DNA of 64,000 nt, from the NCBI GenBank assembly GCA_000934665.2, contig JYFJ02000966.1:1-64000 (forward strand). Reading direction: 5' to 3'. The notes under the pieces were generated by a model, which was not told where the DNA came from, did not search any database, and saw nothing but the letters and a program-made list of their open reading frames with translations. Below, piece by piece: positions 21,433 through 34,302 of this stretch. The position numbers and the translations under genes are program-made. The stretch is from Catajapyx aquilonaris. Taxonomy: Eukaryota. How positions within the stretch are numbered: position 1 is the stretch's first letter; each line of letters begins with the position of its first letter.

Positions 21433-22852
21433 AATGGCAGATCCAGCATCGGAAAACGCGTTGGTGCAACAGACTACCCAACATCAGGACAACATCAAGA
21501 CAAAGCACAACTTGTACGAGGCTTTTGCTCCGTTGGACCTGCTGTGGCAACGATCCGTGCCCTTTTTACAGCTCTGTAAAGTTTGACACGAAGGTTTTAT
21601 GGGAAAAGCAATATATCAGGTTGTAAGTTACAGTCTCGACTTTTCATGGTCAGTTTTGAAAAATTAATTTACAAGGAACATATTGGTGGATCATGTTATC
21701 CAAATGAATGATTGAACATTCGACCAATAGGCCTATTGTCAGTTTTCATTTACATGCGATGTGCCTGATATTCCTTAATGTAATGTAGTTGACACTTGCA
21801 CAAGTAATTAACCTAACACAAGTATAGCCAAGTGGGAAGGAGGCTACGCCAAATTAATGCGATCATAACGGCTTGATTATATGGCATGAACCAAAGTAAT
21901 TCAGTTACTGCCGATCATTATGCCTGCCATATTAAAGAGATAAAATTTAATTGGTTTGGGCCACGTATATTTCAACTTGAGCTATACGGAAGCCTGGACA
22001 TCTCAGCTATAGAGGAGATGCCAACAATCGACTTTCTTCCGATGACAGCCTGGAGGTCATGTTTTTTTTTTAAACAGACGCATATAGGCCAGTAAGAAAA
22101 CGACACTGATGCCCGGTTGCACCAACAAAATTACCGGTCCGATAGCTCCTAATGGACAGATATGTAGACCTTTTAACATGTGCTATCGGTCCGTTAGAAG
22201 CTATCGGACCGGTAATTTTGTTGGTGCAACCAGGCATGATGCTAAAAGACTTGTTGGTTTGTCATCTGTCAGCAGAAAAGCTGTTGAAGCGGTTGATAAA
22301 TGATTTTGTTCAACACAAGCGCGGGGGAAAAATATCTATACACTTAGATCCATATAGAGCTAGTATTTTCAGAGTTGTTCTACACAATTTAACCAAAATA
22401 TGTTATTTCGCTCCTCTCCAATAATGTCTTGCTACTTCCTGTTTTTAAAATTAATTAGCAAATTGCTAAAATAATCAAACAACTTGCATATAATAGCCAT
22501 TGCAACACTGGGAGGCGTGGTTGCACCGCATTTTGCTTGATGAAGTAGTCATCCGTCAAGCACGACATTTTTTTTTTGTTGTGCTTGACCACATGATGTG
22601 GTCACGTTCGGTCTCTTAGACAGCAATATTCATTTCATGTCCGCAATTACGCTAATGAAAGTGTCATCCTTTTTATTGCGACAGGTTCTGCAACTGACCC
22701 AACGCTTGTAGTCACGTTCTTTCAACATCTCTGGAGCCAGATTATTTCAAGTGAACCGAAACCTTGTCTTATTTGCTTAATATTATTATTCGTTTACTAT
22801 AGGTCGCCGCCACATCTAGTGTTGGGGCAATTTAAGCAAGGAGAGAAGTAAA
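21433..22852 (+). pseudogene. Gustatory receptor pseudogene (duplicate of the 14.1-15.5 kb relic)
   Basis: MADPASENALVQQ...YEAFAPLDLLW at 21433-21546 then truncated. Degenerate exon 4 and exon 5 remnants at about 22685-22765 and 22803-22852. Confidence 0.75.
22110..22236. mobile_element. Foldback MITE, probably PIF/Harbinger-type
   Basis: Arms of about 50 bp (tgcc(c/t)ggttgcaccaacaaaattaccggtccgatagct) form a near-perfect inverted repeat, flanked by a 3-bp TGA duplication. Absent from the paralogous region of unit A. Confidence 0.75.
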
Positions 22853-25800
22853 GTCATCATTTGGGAGAGTTTACTTGCAGGTATGACAATAGTAGACCCT
22901 ATTCAACATGATGGGTTAAATCGCACTAATTAATTATATGCAGGGTGGAGCACGTCTCCTAAAAATGGGTTGTTTGTTTCCATGGATTGTTCATGCTCTT
23001 TAAAACGATTTCAAAACAATATATTCATGGTGGACTTGTGCGGTGAACCACCTTACATAATGACAGACTGTGTAACATTTAATTATGACGCCTCTATTGT
23101 GACGAGTAATTTTTAACCATCATTTTAGGTGCACGGGTCCAGATCCGGACTTGCCCTTGCATCTTGTCAATCTATAATCCGGTAACTATACGATCAGTGG
23201 CCAATAATATTTTTCTTATCGATCCGTCGTCTTGTTTATATAGCAAGTCCGCCAGAGAGGAGTTCTAGAGTATTGACTGGTTGTTGTTCAAGTACTCCTC
23301 ATAGAAAGGTATCCTCACCTCTGGCATACTGTAAGCAGCAAGAAGACATCGCATTGTGTCAATCGCTATTGGGTCCAACAATTTGTTCGACAATCTGGAC
23401 CAGAAATCCATAGGTGCTACCCGCCTTTTGCAGTGCATTGTAATCACCACTGACCAATATTTGCTTGCTACCTAAGCGCAACCTGAGTAGGGGCCTATAT
23501 TTATCACCGCACATTCTTTCTCCTTTGTCACAGTATACGCACAGTGTTAAGTTCTGGGTACCCTCGAATATTTTAACTGCAAGCTAGTTAGTTCCGTATA
23601 TGAATATATTAATATTCATGCCGATTATTATTTTCGTCAATGACAGTTGGTGTGTGTAGCGTAATAGGCTATTGATTCTGTAGTAGCGTATACTGCACTC
23701 CCAGGAGAGAGTGAAAGTGCGTAAATAATAAATACTAAAGGCTGCCGACCCACTGAAAAGAAATGATATGAAGCTTGTTCCGAATCTCATTAATGACGGC
23801 TACTCTTATGATATACCGTACATATGGCACAGCAAACTTCAACTGATAATAATCAGATGTATTTGCTTTATATTACAACATTCTGCCAAAGATAATGGCA
23901 GGCACATAATTTTTCTTATGTTTGATAAATTTTATAGAAAATAAGAGAAACTACTGTATACGGTAAGTATTACACCTGTCAAGTTGTCAAATACATTTAT
24001 GTGATTTTCGGCAAAAGCCTATTGGAAAGTGATACATAATTATAAATCTGAGATGCATCTGCAGGGCAATGAGCAATTATACAGGAGCCACATTATTCCC
24101 TCCTGACTTCCCTGCATTTGGCACAAGAAATATTTTAACGACTGCAACCTCTGCATAATTTTTATGACAAATGGGAAGTTGCATAAACATGTTTATAAAA
24201 CAGATGCAATAATGGTGCATTATGACTGATATTATCCGGAAGTGATATTTCTGTCTGCTGTGTGGGTCTATAAAATATATTAGAACGCTACTGAAGTTGT
24301 TTTTTCGCAAATTGTACGGTAAATAAAACATGTTGGCGACCATTGTTGGCTGCATGTCATTACATTTGAAGTTATTGTGGTTATGTACATTTATATATTT
24401 AAATTTTTCACTGTGTATTCTCAGTAATAATTATTGTTCTTGTGATGATTTTAAGGCTGACTGATGATATTTATGCATTGTAAAGTGAATTGTGATTTTG
24501 TGTACAATAATTGGTGCCAGATATAATCCTGTAACGTACTCATCACATCATGAACTTGCAAGAAAGACAATATTGTTGCGGAGCTCTTCCAAACAGCATC
24601 GTTGTTTGTTGCCCCAAACTGTATAGTGTATAACTGTATACCATTATTGTGTTTTAAAAAATGAAGCAATATTTCACAAACGTTAAGAACCTGTCTATTT
24701 TCCGTTAAATCTTTACTTTAAAAGAGAACCAAGAGAGCATGTAGAAAAGAGTGTCAATGTCAATTCCTAAGAGCAAACCGTTACTGGGTCAATGTCAGGC
24801 TGGTTCGTGTGACTTATATACCATCCTCACACACTGCATTTGTAGATGCTCGTGTTCATCAAAATGAAACAGCACCTCCTGCAGTATAGCAGGCCTAATT
24901 TATAGGTTTATACATGCCTCACAGTTCGTACTGCCCAGAGCAGCCTAAATATAGAGTTTCTGGCTCACCTAGCTTTCCAAGCATTCCAGGCCATATGTCT
25001 AAAAATGTGGAGCTCCCTACATTAAGCACAGAATATATTTACTGTACGTCCTCATGAGCGTGATATTACTTTGAAAAAAAGGCGTTGTAATAAATAATTA
25101 TTAATAAATTAATGTGATTCGAGTCGTGTTGTGCCACATGTTGAATTGGAGAAGGCTAAAGTGTGCGCGGTATTTCGGAGTGAAAAACCTTAGCAAAAAG
25201 CCAGTCATTACAAAGTCATAGACTTTGACCTCCACATAACCATATTGCCAGTATGCTTTGATGTTGTGTACACTCTGGCTCGTGGCCCACATCTCTTTCA
25301 GTGGCTATTACAGAGGCGATTAATACCACAACAGATGCAGGAAACAGCTTCCGTGACACAAGCGAGGACCACCTGGATTCAAAAATTCAATGGGCAAGCT
25401 TGCCTTCAATCTATGAATTTAAATAAATTGATGTAATTTTCGAGAAGGCATTCCACAGACTCGCATTCTGACACCAGGCGACTCTATACTGTAACTTGCA
25501 GATACCGGCAGACAATGAAGGTCACAAGGCCGCTTCTCAACAGCCCATACCACGCATAGGTTGTTGAAGGCGGAAGTGGGATATTTTTTTAACTCCCGAA
25601 GGACGTCTGCCTCCACAAAGTTAGAACACATGATTCAAGCGATGCATAAACCGGCCGTTATAAGCCTGCATTGTAAAAAAGGTTCCTGGGATAAGCAGAC
25701 CTTGCGTTGCATTCAAGGTAATATTGCAAACTATTCCGTGTCACTTCTCTCTCCACACTCCACTTATTGGAAAATCTTTATTCCTATCAGTCAAACCTTC

Positions 25801-26310
25801 TCGGTTTAGAACGTCACGAAAAAAAGTCAGCTCTGATCGATCCGTTGTGATCATTAGCAACGGGGTGGGGTCAGCCGAGATGCTTTTATTCCGTTCAAGG
25901 ACAGTCTCAACCAGATTTGTTTTCATTCAACTTGTCAAGCTGTCGCGCAGAAATATGAGCTTCGCACACGATCGTTCAAGGTTTGGTGCCATGGAAAATA
26001 TATTCCGAACTTACTTTAATCCGAGCGAGACGTTCGATCTGACAAAACCAGCAAGTGTAACAGGTCAGACTTATAATTATTGTTGGAACGGAAATATTTA
26101 TAGAGCTGGACATAAATTAAAATGCGGACTTGGGTTTCGTGCAGGTAAGAGTATATAGGCAGCAGACTACACCAGTGCTATTTTCTGCTCTCTGTTGGTG
26201 GCTGCGCAGTCACTCTGAACTTTTCAGCTTTCCGCCAGTCTGGTGCCAGACACGTTTAGGAAGGTTTGAAGAGGCAGTGCCAGTGGTCGTGTGCCAGTCT
26301 TGCAAGACGG

Positions 26311-29300
26311 ATGGATCCTGCCTCGGAAAAGACGCTGGTCCACCATCAAACCCAGACCAAGGAAGACCCCACATTTTACGAAGCTTTCGCTCCTCTGGGA
26401 GTGTTGGCCAAGGGATGCGGCATCTTCCCAGCTGTCAACATCCTCGAAGGTCCGTACCTGCGACGAGAATGGTACACTTTCTGCATATTCCCAGTCGTAG
26501 TCATCCTGGAGCACCTTCTGATGGGGCTGGACGATCCGGACAGTTTCTACGACGAATACGGGGATTTCTCCAACGTGACAGTATGCGCCGGGACCTTAGA
26601 GACGTGCAACCAGCTTCTGTGCTCCATCATTCAGTTCGTCCTGATGCACGTCTACTTCAAGCAGATCATCTCGGTTTTCCAGCAAGTGTCGCGATTCGAC
26701 TCGCAGGTTGACGCCAACGTCAACGGGCAGATGAAGAAGAGGGGCGTGTTGTTGTGCGGGCTGCCCGTCTTTTACATCGTAACAATCTTGCTGGAGGACT
26801 ACGTCTTTGACAAACAGTACGATGAGAGTTGGATGTCCCAGATGTCGAACATTGCTCACATGCTTTGCACCACCATCATAGTCGTGCCACTGTTCATGGT
26901 CGTGTTCTTGTCGGAGGCCGTTCGTTTGAGGTTCAAGATGGTCAGCGCCGCTCTTATGGACGTGACTGAGCCCTTGCCCAAGACGTTTCCTGAAGGGGCT
27001 GTCATTGGAACGAAGACAAGGTGAGTCGCAACTTCAGGTCGCTGCCACGGGAGATCTTACTCACCCTGTACACGCAGGAACCGCGAGCAGTCGACCGCAG
27101 TTCAGGTGGAGCCGACTCCGGACGTGGCAAACCAGCTGTGCGACCTGTGCGGTGCCCTGGACGAAATGACCGACGTGTTGTCCAACGTCAGCGAGGCTCT
27201 CGGACCATCCTTCTCCCTGGCGATGCTAAGCCTCCTCTTCGACACCGTCATGATGCTGGCGGTGGTCCTGATAGGAGCAAACATTTGGAGCTACAGCGTG
27301 CTGTTGCTCGTCTATCTTCTCTCTGAAGTTTTTCTCTCCGTCATTATGGTTGTTGGCGCAACCATTGCGCTCGCCAGGATTCCATCCGAGGTACTACCTT
27401 TTCCTGTGAGCCTGCCAGTATGCATTGTCGGCTGTAATTAACACCCGTCTTGCTTCCAGGCCACCAAAGCGTTGTCGCACCTTCAGCGGATCCGCACAAT
27501 CAATCTGGATCCGGACACCAAAGAAATGGTACGTATACAGCTTCTTGATATTGTGCTGTGAACTTGTGTATCAATCTCCAATCATTATTCCACTGGAGGA
27601 ATTTATCCATGTCTGCAGCACAAAATCATATACTTATTAATTGCCATTTACATGCTTGGTACTATCGGTTCCATTGAGGTGAGATCCTACACTATAGGAA
27701 TTTGAAAACATTGTGCAGATGCGTACGTATACTGTACCTCCAGACAATTTGCATATGTGCAAGAAGCAGCCTTGGCGCTATTAATATCAACTGACATCAG
27801 TCTGATATAATTCAGCAGGCTTATATAATGTAGTCAAGGATGCTGCACAAATTATTATCAGGCAGTTTTTTCCGACGCATAATTACACTGCAGGAAATTA
27901 AGTATAGTACCGCACACATGTGCCGACGTCTGAGAAGAAAAACACTCATGACATATTCATGAAGTACTGCAGAAAGAGAGTGAATGCCATTGTTCATTAT
28001 TGAGCGATGTCCCAGGTCTAAACGGCGCAAATAAATGGTCACATCCCGAGCGCTAACTGGGTAATTCCAGGAGAGTTCAACAAGTGCACAACACCCCACA
28101 TTTTTTGATATTTTTGAAAATCGGTACGCGAGGTTCCACCCACTACACTAGTGTAATTCGCGATTTTCGGGCGCCTGGGACCAACGGGTCACGTGTGAGG
28201 TTAAGGGGGAAAATTTGAAGATAGAAAAAAAGGTCACTCTATTTCGCTTCATATCTCAGTAGCTATTTGTTCTATCGCAATGGTGCATGTGTCATTCAAA
28301 TCCAAATGGTCGGGGGATTCATAAAACATGAAATAAAATATTTATTTTAAATATTTAGGCAAAATATTTGAGAGGTCAAATATTTGACCTTTTGACCTGG
28401 ACAGTCTGACAGCATGTAGGAGTCTGATATTTAGTACAGTGTAATAGGGCACCATTACGGACATTTTCCTGAAAGATTTGAAAACCGTATAATTTTTGTT
28501 TCCGAGAAAAAAATTCCAGAACAGAAGGCATGTACATCGAATTTCATATTTTCCAACAATTGACCAAATACCCAGCTAATATGACAGCAGCTACGAGTTT
28601 CATCTTAAGTACAGTAGGACATTCGTACGAAAGATTTGGAACCCGCTCAATTTTCTATTTTGAGGAACTACATAATAAATTCGCCCATATTTTTTGGATT
28701 TTTTTGGCATATTCCGTTTTAAGATATCAGTTTCAGTTCCGGAGTAATTGGGGTTTTTATGTAGGGAAATGGTGACGTCACTGTTTCCCTAGAAAATGTT
28801 GACGTCACGCGAAGTGAAATGAACGCAAAAATGGTGTTATAGAACGCGCCCCGTCATTGTCGTAAAATGCTTCGCTGTTGTTAGCAACCGTCCCATTCCG
28901 TGAGCAAGGTAGCGGCCGGGGCGCGTATTTATTCCAGGCCGCTCAAGCCGCTTTGTACATGGCAGTGATGCCACCAGGTCGGAATTATCTGTCACCCGAA
29001 TTCGGCACATGAAGGCCCCCCTTCTCCACCTCGATGGCCTACAGCCGCCTTGCGAATAATGCTTTCCGTCGTGTCCGCGGTTAATTCAAAGTCAAATTCC
29101 TCATATCTCGCAGTCAACCAGGCATTTCAGTGTACCCTTTCGATTGGCACCACCCGGGCGTCTCGTTTTTCCCGCCAATTTTGAAGGCACTTTTAAATGT
29201 GCCGTAATTTATCCAGTAATGTCATTTTGATGCAACAAAGTGATGGAATGTATGTTTACAGGAATGGGCTAGCTAGTTATGAACAAAAATCCCAAATCCC

Positions 29301-29760
29301 AGAGCAATGCTACTTCCCCATTACCCAACAACAGAAGGCCAGGAAGAATTTCGATGCCTCATTTCCGAGGCCAAGAAGATCATAATATTTCACTCCACAG
29401 CTCTCGTTCAAGCAAATATCGCGGCCCAATTCCCGGCGATCTATTTCGAGACCGATAAGCTGCAGCTGTAATGGCAACGTCCCCTTCATTCTTCTTCCTT
29501 CAACACTAATTATTATCATCATTCTTTGATTCAAAAGGTGATGCAAGTGTGCCAGCGCATGTCGTCTCGTTCCTTCAACATCCACGGGGCCAGATTGTTC
29601 CAGGTGGACCGAAATCTCATCTTGGGCGTAAGTATCCTATACATCAGTGGGGCATATTTTTGGGATAATTATTGCCACGATTTTTTGTCCATTATAGATC
29701 GCGGCCACAGCCACCACCTACATTATAGTGTTGGGACAGTTCAAGCAGGGTGAAAAGTAA
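26311..29760 (+). CDS. Gustatory receptor, copy 2, 5 exons
   Basis: Exons 26311-27020, 27078-27390, 27460-27528, 29538-29627, 29698-29760. Same structure and TYIIVLGQF ending as copy 1. Intron 3 is enlarged by an insertion. Confidence 0.88.
28058..29327. mobile_element. 1.27-kb non-autonomous insertion in intron 3 of GR copy 2
   Basis: The empty site in copy 1 reads gctaataacaga. Here it reads gctaac[tgggtaat...attaccca]acaacaga, giving 8-bp terminal inverted repeats and a possible 2-bp AC duplication. No transposase ORF seen. Confidence 0.7.
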
Positions 29761-30460
29761 CATCGTTTGAGCCAACTTTGCATAATTATATAGCGGTATG
29801 GCTGTATGGGCATCCTGACAATATTATCGAAGTTGTTCATTGCATGCGTTTCATTCATCGCAGCATTTCCACTGCCGATATGTATCCTTCGAGGTAGTTC
29901 TGCGAGCTTCTGTGAACTAAGGGGTGAGTTCTGGAAAGATTCGAGACCAAAACTCGAATCGCCTTGATCCACTATTATCCCCTTCCTTTGCCTTATAGGT
30001 CCCCCCCGCCAGTCCGGCGTCGCCAGTATCGACTGATTCACTTCGGAAGAACGTAATATTATTACACCTGTTGCATCAAGTGACGCTTCCAGGAATTCAA
30101 AACGGAGACAATATTGCTGATAGTGTTACCATTACATTGTCATGATGTCATAATGGAATATTACAGGGTGTACTGGATGTGAATATTAACCTAATTATGC
30201 GCGTCTGTGCCAACATGGATATGAAATGTATTTATACAGCATGTTACATTCTGCTTCCATTGCACTGCTGCATAGACTGGATTGAAACTGTGCAATTAGA
30301 TCGAAGGTAAGAGCAGCAGTGCCCAGCCTTGAGATTATTCTCAGCGGATGCAACTACTGCATCGCACTTCAAAGGGGACCACTGGTGGTTTCATGTTGTC
30401 ACACTTTGCCAGAAGGGCTAGTTATTACACTGGCCTGCACAAGCTGGTCTAGTATTGGTA

Positions 30461-30560
30461 CTATATCGCTCAAAAAGATAGAGACGATTGGCATTTGATT
30501 CAAGTGCAAGTTGCACTTGAGTCAAATGCAAAATCGTCTCTATCTTTTTGGGCGATATAA
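30461..30560. mobile_element. About 100-bp palindromic insertion (MITE-like) at a TA site
   Basis: tatatcgctcaaaaagatagagacgatt...aatcgtctctatctttttgggcgatata folds almost end to end. The paralogous sites near 21270 and 35078 are empty. Confidence 0.7.
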
Positions 30561-30895
30561 TTATACAGTTATGCGGCTTTGTTCATACTTGTCAGTGTTG
30601 TCACTGTAAACTACGGTAATATTCTTGTTGCAGCATGAAATCTAAATATTATTGAAATGAATATTTTCTGTATGATGTGTAACTGTATACTTGTATTACT
30701 GCACAATATTACACTTATAATTAAATTGTCTCCCATATTAATTTATGGACTGAGCTTCTCCCTCTGATTAGCCCGCTACATGCTCTGTAACTCCTCATGA
30801 AGCTGGAAATAATTCTTGTAATTTTCTAGCCTTTTTTACCGGACAATAATATTAATATGCTTCATGTGTTTTACAATATTTATGGTTTTTTTATA

Positions 30896-31050
30896 CGAGG
30901 GCGGACCAGAAAAGACTGGAACTGATACAGTATTTTCACTGAACTTTCTATTGGTCTGGATCAATGGGAACATGGTCTTTTTCAAAGTACGTAGGTACAG
31001 CAAGGATGGAATGTCCGTCAACTCGGATGGAGTTCCAGGCATTTTTTTAA
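30896..31050 (+). mobile_element. Possible truncated mariner-like element end
   Basis: Begins TA|CGAGGGCGGACCAGAAAAG, a mariner-type terminus, where homology with unit C breaks. I did not find the matching right end. Confidence 0.35.
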
Positions 31051-31421
31051 TGGCAATGTGCTCCCTGAGAGTCTTTAACGCTGAGAAGTTATACATACAA
31101 TGCTGTACAATAATAGTGTCGTACTGGTGGCGCCATGAGTCGCTGGCGGTAATGGAGCATGCTTATCCAAGCGATGTATTGGTTCCATTTAAACGAAGAT
31201 CTAAGCGATATTTCTGGGGGAATCTCTGCAGACAAATATTGTTGTGTATGACAAATGATAAGTGTGTGGCAGTCAATTTTGCAATATTTAAAATTATTTT
31301 TAATTATGCTTAATTTTTAATTTTTGCTGAAAATTACCTTCTCTTAAATTTTTTATTGAAATTAATTGTTGCTAAAATCATTTTTGTTAAAATTGAGGAA
31401 TGGTCAAAGGAAATATAAGTA

Positions 31422-31587
31422 CAGTTGAATCCGGATATAACAGCCTCGGCTATAACAGACTTTCGGTTATAACAGACTAGTAAGGCCGGTTCCGACATAC
31501 TTCCATCATAATTATATGGTTTTTTTTAAAAATCTGACATAAGAGACCTTGGTTATAACAAGAGTCTGTTATATCTGGATTCAACTC
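31422..31587. mobile_element. Tc1/pogo-type MITE
   Basis: TA|cagttgaatccggatataacag ... ctgttatatctggattcaact terminal inverted repeats with internal (g/c)ttataacaga repeats. A second, truncated left end of the same family lies at 47244-47274. Confidence 0.7.
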
Positions 31588-32685
31588 TTTTACACCCAGT
31601 CAAAAATGGTGTGCGTCCATGCGATTTGTAGGATCATTATGGTGTAAGTCACATATGATTTTGTAATCACTAAATCAAATTTTTTGTGACAGTAGCAATA
31701 CATCTAAGAAAGACTGCCCTGTTATAATTGCCAAGCTGACATATTATTATGCATCCAGCCAAATTATTTGCCTTTTTTTCTATGACCTTCCAAACTTGCA
31801 GGTGAATTCTCCCAACTTGAGTTTTTTGGACTTGGGACACTTTTGTTCCATAGGCGCATCATTATATTCCACGTGTTATTAGGTAGCCAAGTAAGTAGTT
31901 ATTAAGAGAGTGATAAGGGACGAGGAAAACATTATGATTTTGGTGGAAGCTTCCATGGTAGCAAAATAAGAAAGCAGCAAAGAAGCACATCGGAAAATGA
32001 AGCAGGACTCATCAATGCAACACTGGCACAAGTGCATGTGCTTATTTAACATTTGGCAGAGTACAGAGGCAGTTCAGAGTAGCCTACAAAATGAGTTGTA
32101 ACAATGAAAGTAATAATTATTAAATATTCTGCTTATGCACATGCATAGAATTTAGTCACATTATACCAATGATGGGAGTCAGCCGAGATGTTTCATTCTG
32201 TCCAATAGGATATAGGGACCGATTTGGTTTTCATTCAAGTTGATTCAACAAGCTGTCGCGCAAAAATATGAACTTTCCGCACGACAGTTCAAGGTCGGTT
32301 TCAAGTGCCATGGAAATATCTCCAGTACATTAGTCCGATCTATAAAAAAGGGAATAAATTCATAATGGAACTCATATACGTGAGACGCGTGCAATCTTAC
32401 AATCCTCTACAAAAGTGACCAGCAAGTAACCTGTGATGATGATATAAAAATTGGATCGGAAGCATTTAGCGCTCGATAAATAAAAATCCGGAATTGGTAT
32501 ATTTCGTGCTGGTAATGGTATATTATAGGCAGACTACACCAAATGCTATTTTCTGCTCCCTGCTGAATGCGCAGTCACTCTGGACCTTTCAGGTTTCCGC
32601 CAGTCTGGTGCCAGACACGTTTGGTATAGAAAGGAAGGCTTGAAGGCAGTGCTGCCAGTGGTCGTGTGCCAGTCTTGGAGGACGG

Positions 32686-34302
32686 ATGGATCCTGCCTCG
32701 GAAAACACGCTGGTCCAGCATCCGCAGCATCAAACCAAGACCAAGGACGACCCCACATTTTACGAGGCTTTTGCTCCTCTGGGAGTGTTGGCCAAGGGAT
32801 GCGGCATCTTCCCAGCTGTCAACATCCTCGAAGGTCCGTACCTGCGACGAGAATGGTACACTTTCTGCATATTCCCAGTCGTAGTCATCCTCGAGCACCT
32901 TCTGATGGGACTGGACGATCCGGACAGTTTCCGCGACGAATACGGGGATTTCTCCAACGTGACATTCTGGACCATGACCCTGGAGATATACAACCAGCTC
33001 CTGTGCTCCATCGTTCAGTTCGTCCTGATGCACGTCTACTTCAAGCAGATCATCTCGGTGTTCCAGCAAGTGTCGCGATTCGACTCGCAGGTTGAAATCA
33101 ACGTCAACGGGCAGATGAAGAAGAGGGGCGTGTTGTTGTGCGGGCTGCCCGTCTTTTACATCGTAACCAACGTTGTGGAGATGTATATCTTTGACAAAGA
33201 GTACGAGAACAGTTGGATGTCCCAAATGTCGGACATTGCTCACCTCCTTTGCTCCACCATCATAGTCGTGCCACTGTTCATGATCGTGTTCTTGTCAGAG
33301 GCCGTTCGTTTGAGGTTCAAGGTGGTCAGCGCCGCTCTTCTGGACGTGACCGAGCCCTTGCCCAAGACGTTTCCTGAAGGCGCTGTCATTGCAACGAAGA
33401 CAAGGTGGGTCACAACTTCAGGTCGCTGCCGACGGGAGATCTGACTCGCCCTGTACACGCAGGAACCGCGAGCAGTCGACCGCAGTTCAGGTGGAGGCGA
33501 CTCCGGACGTGGCAAACCAGCTGTGCGACCTGTGCGGCGCCCTGGACGAAATGACCGACGTGTTGTCCAACGTCAGCGAGGCCCTCGGACCGTCCTTCTC
33601 CCTGGCGATGCTAAGCCTCCTCTTCGACATCGTCATGATGCTGTCGTTGGTTCTGATAGGAGGAGACTTTTGGACAGACAACGTGCAGATTCTCCTTCAA
33701 GTTCTCTCTGAAGTTTTACTCTGCATCTTTATAGTTGTTGGCGTAACCATTGCTCTGGCCAGGATTTCAGCCGAGGTATCACGGTGCTTCCTGTTCTTAT
33801 TCGTTGTAATTAAAATTCGCTTTGCTTCCAGGCCACCAAAACGTTCTCACACCTCCAGCGCATCCGGACAATAAATCTGGATACGGACACCAAAGAGATG
33901 GTAAGTACACACCTCCTTGAAATTGCAGCGTGAACTTGAGCAGAAAAAATCAAAAATATTCATGCAAAGCGGTGTCATTTGGAGACCTTGTTTTGTTTGT
34001 TGTTATGTGTGAAGCGCCGCGCCGGCGCTGTTTGCAGGTTTCTTGTGGCTCACTTGTAAAGTTATCTTTCATGAAAGGTGTTGCAAGTGTGCGAGCGCAT
34101 GTCGTCTCGTTCCTTCAACATCCATGGGGCCAGGCTGTTCGAGGTGGACAGAAACCTCATCCTGGCTGTAAGTACATATTATAATGTGACATTTAAAAAA
34201 AATTGGATAATTATTGCCACGAAATTCTGTCCACATTAGATTGCAGCCACAGCCACCACCTACGTTATAGTACTGGCACAGTTCAAGCAGGGTGAGAAGT
34301 AA
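32686..34302 (+). CDS. Gustatory receptor, copy 3, 5 exons
   Basis: Exons 32686-33404, 33463-33775, 33832-33900, 34078-34167, 34240-34302. Ends IAATATTYVIVLAQFKQGEK. Confidence 0.88.

Noticed and set aside
32575..33243. 222-aa antisense ORF over GR copy 3 exon 1, with similar ORFs at 18217-18699 and 26224-26859
   Set aside because: Shadow frames of GC3-rich coding sequence. They are broken at different places in the paralogues and show no recognisable motifs.
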